Shown: in pieces, positions 62,656 to 64,000 of the stretch
Layout of the letters: the number at the start of each line of letters is the position of its first letter
How positions within the stretch are numbered: the stretch's first letter is position 1
Assembly: GCA_965221125.1 (NCBI GenBank)
Contig: CBDCRW010000004.1
Coordinates: 256,001-320,000, forward strand
Length of the DNA: 64,000 nucleotides
Source: Alphaproteobacteria bacterium
GTDB taxonomy: Bacteria > Pseudomonadota > Alphaproteobacteria > UBA828
Reading direction: 5' to 3'
The notes under the pieces: generated by a model
Told to the model about the DNA's origin: nothing
What the model saw: the letters and a program-made list of their open reading frames with translations, nothing else
Databases searched by the model: none
Position numbers and translations under genes: made by a program

Positions 62656-63236
62656 CACGGTTGCTCCGCCGGGCGGAACAGGTTGACGATCTGCCGCCCG
62701 ATCTCCTCCGCCGTGTCCTCGCCCGGCTTGTACCAGGCGATCGACCAGGCCATGGCGCCGATCAGCGCGAGGCGGAAGTACTTGCGGCTCGTGCCCGGCG
62801 GCAGCGGCAGGTCGTCGATCAGGCGGCGGAAGACGTTCTCGTAGTCGTCCCGCTCCTCGATCATGCGCGCGCGGAGCTTCGGCGAATGCCGGTGCGGGAA
62901 CTCGGTGGCGATGACCGAGCCGTAGTCCTTGGTCTGGTGCAGGGTCTCGACGTGGGCCGCGCAGGCGGCCTCCAGCCGGCCCCAGGGGTCGTTCGCGGTC
63001 TCGATGGCCGCGAGCACGCGCTCCTTGATCCGCTGGATCCCGGTCGCGTGAACCGCCGCCAGCAGGTCCTCCTTGGAGGCGAAGTGGTAGTACATCGAGC
63101 CGGGGAGAATTCCCGCAGCCGCGGCGATGTCACGGACCGAGGTGGCGCTGTAGCCCGCCCGCGCGAACTCGACCGCGGCCGCGTCGAGGATGCGGCCCCG
63201 CCGATTGTCCCTGCGCTTTGCGTCGGACGTCGCCAC
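62655..63236 (-). CDS. TetR/AcrR family regulator
   Basis: ILDAA..FARAGY..TSVRDIA..AG....SMYYHFASKEDL. Confidence 0.92.
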   Translation of the reverse strand: MATSDAKRRDNRRGRILDAAAVEFARAGYSATSVRDIAAAAGILPGSMYYHFASKEDLLAAVHATGIQRIKERVLAAIETANDPWGRLEAACAAHVETLHQTKDYGSVIATEFPHRHSPKLRARMIEERDDYENVFRRLIDDLPLPPGTSRKYFRLALIGAMAWSIAWYKPGEDTAEEIGRQIVNLFRPAEQP

Positions 63237-63270
63237 GGCAGACGATCATTCAGGACAGAGGCCCTTTGGG

Positions 63271-63284
63271 CAAGCGTTCGTTTG
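63271..63284. promoter_or_regulatory. candidate TetR operator
   Basis: near-palindrome CAAGCG-TT-CGTTTG 35 bp upstream of tetR start. Confidence 0.4.
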
Positions 63285-63439
63285 ATTCCTTCCGACCCTC
63301 GGTTGGCTGCGGCGTGGGCGGATTGTGGCGGGTGATGAAGCTGGCTACGATCCTTTCAGTCGCGCCGGCCGACGACGCCGGCGCCCGGCCGCGCCGCGTC
63401 CGGCACGGACGGCAGGATGCAACCAAAGGGAGGATAACG

Positions 63440-64000
63440 ATGAGCAAGGTCAATCGTCGCACGCTGCTCAAGGCGGCCGGGATCGGCGGCGCGGCAGTGG
63501 TTGCGGCGCCCACCATCATCGTCAAGCCCGCGCGTGCCGACACCATCAAGGTCGGCGGACTGCACGACCGCACCGGCGTGATCGGCATCTACGGCAACGA
63601 GATGGCCGATGCGCTCGTGTTCGCGGTGGACGAGATCAACGGCGCCGGCGGGGTGCTCGGCCAGCAGCTCGAACTCATCGAGTACGACGCCCAGTCGACC
63701 ATGGCCAACTACTCGCAGTACGCCCAGCGGCTGGCGACGGCCGACAGGGCCGACGTGATCTTCGGCGGCATCACCAGCGCCTCGCGCGAGTCCATCCGCC
63801 CGGTCTTCGACCGCTTCCGCAAGCTCTACTTCTACAGCACCTTCTACGAGGGCGGCGTCTGCGACCGCACCGTCTTCTGCAACGCGGAGACGCCGGCGCA
63901 GATCAACGGCCCGCTGCTGAAGTACGCGATGGACAAGTTCGGCGCAAAGACCGTCTACACCATCGCCGCCGACTACATCTACGGGCAGATCACCGCCGAC
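63440..64000 (+). CDS. UrtA/AmiC-like urea/amide ABC substrate-binding protein, Tat signal (partial, runs off window)
   Basis: VNRRTLL, EINGAGGVLG, FGGITSASRESIRP, FYEGGVCDR; GGGAGG RBS; not in ORF track. Confidence 0.85.
   Translation, partial: MSKVNRRTLLKAAGIGGAAVVAAPTIIVKPARADTIKVGGLHDRTGVIGIYGNEMADALVFAVDEINGAGGVLGQQLELIEYDAQSTMANYSQYAQRLATADRADVIFGGITSASRESIRPVFDRFRKLYFYSTFYEGGVCDRTVFCNAETPAQINGPLLKYAMDKFGAKTVYTIAADYIYGQITAD

Overview
High-GC window with alphaproteobacterial (Rhodospirillales-like) gene order. Core genes are rlmE-ppx, tRNA-Gln(CTG), ffh-rpsP-rimM-trmD-rplS-leuC-leuD, yggT-folD, argG, glnB-glnA and tRNA-Arg(TCT). Between them lie four kinds of accessory content. (i) A methylated-amine block: CntA-like Rieske oxygenase, trimethylamine dehydrogenase, a stand-alone GcvT-type protein and an ATPase-less Liv-type ABC importer, with twin TTGGT-N3-ACCAA operators. 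(ii) A pyridine/nicotinate-type operon: Mo-hydroxylase, Hnr-like reductase, ApbE-like UPF0280 protein and an ATP-dependent lactamase-like HyuAB pair. (iii) A LytTR/DUF2141/Tat-exported carotenoid oxygenase unit and orphan ureE-ureG. (iv) Small mobile or defence-like inserts: a DUF4258/HTH toxin-antitoxin pair bounded by a 25-bp duplication of the tRNA promoter, a TA-flanked MITE family sitting on TAG stop codons, a DUF4338(DruA)-ISAs1 fusion transposase, HigBA and an AT-rich orphan. The best candidate for an undescribed system is a promoter - ~75-nt hairpin RNA - intrinsic terminator - NYN RNase unit at 51.7-52.4 kb, which has type III toxin-antitoxin-like architecture. All family assignments come from motif recognition by eye, not from database searches. 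No CRISPR array or rRNA was seen.
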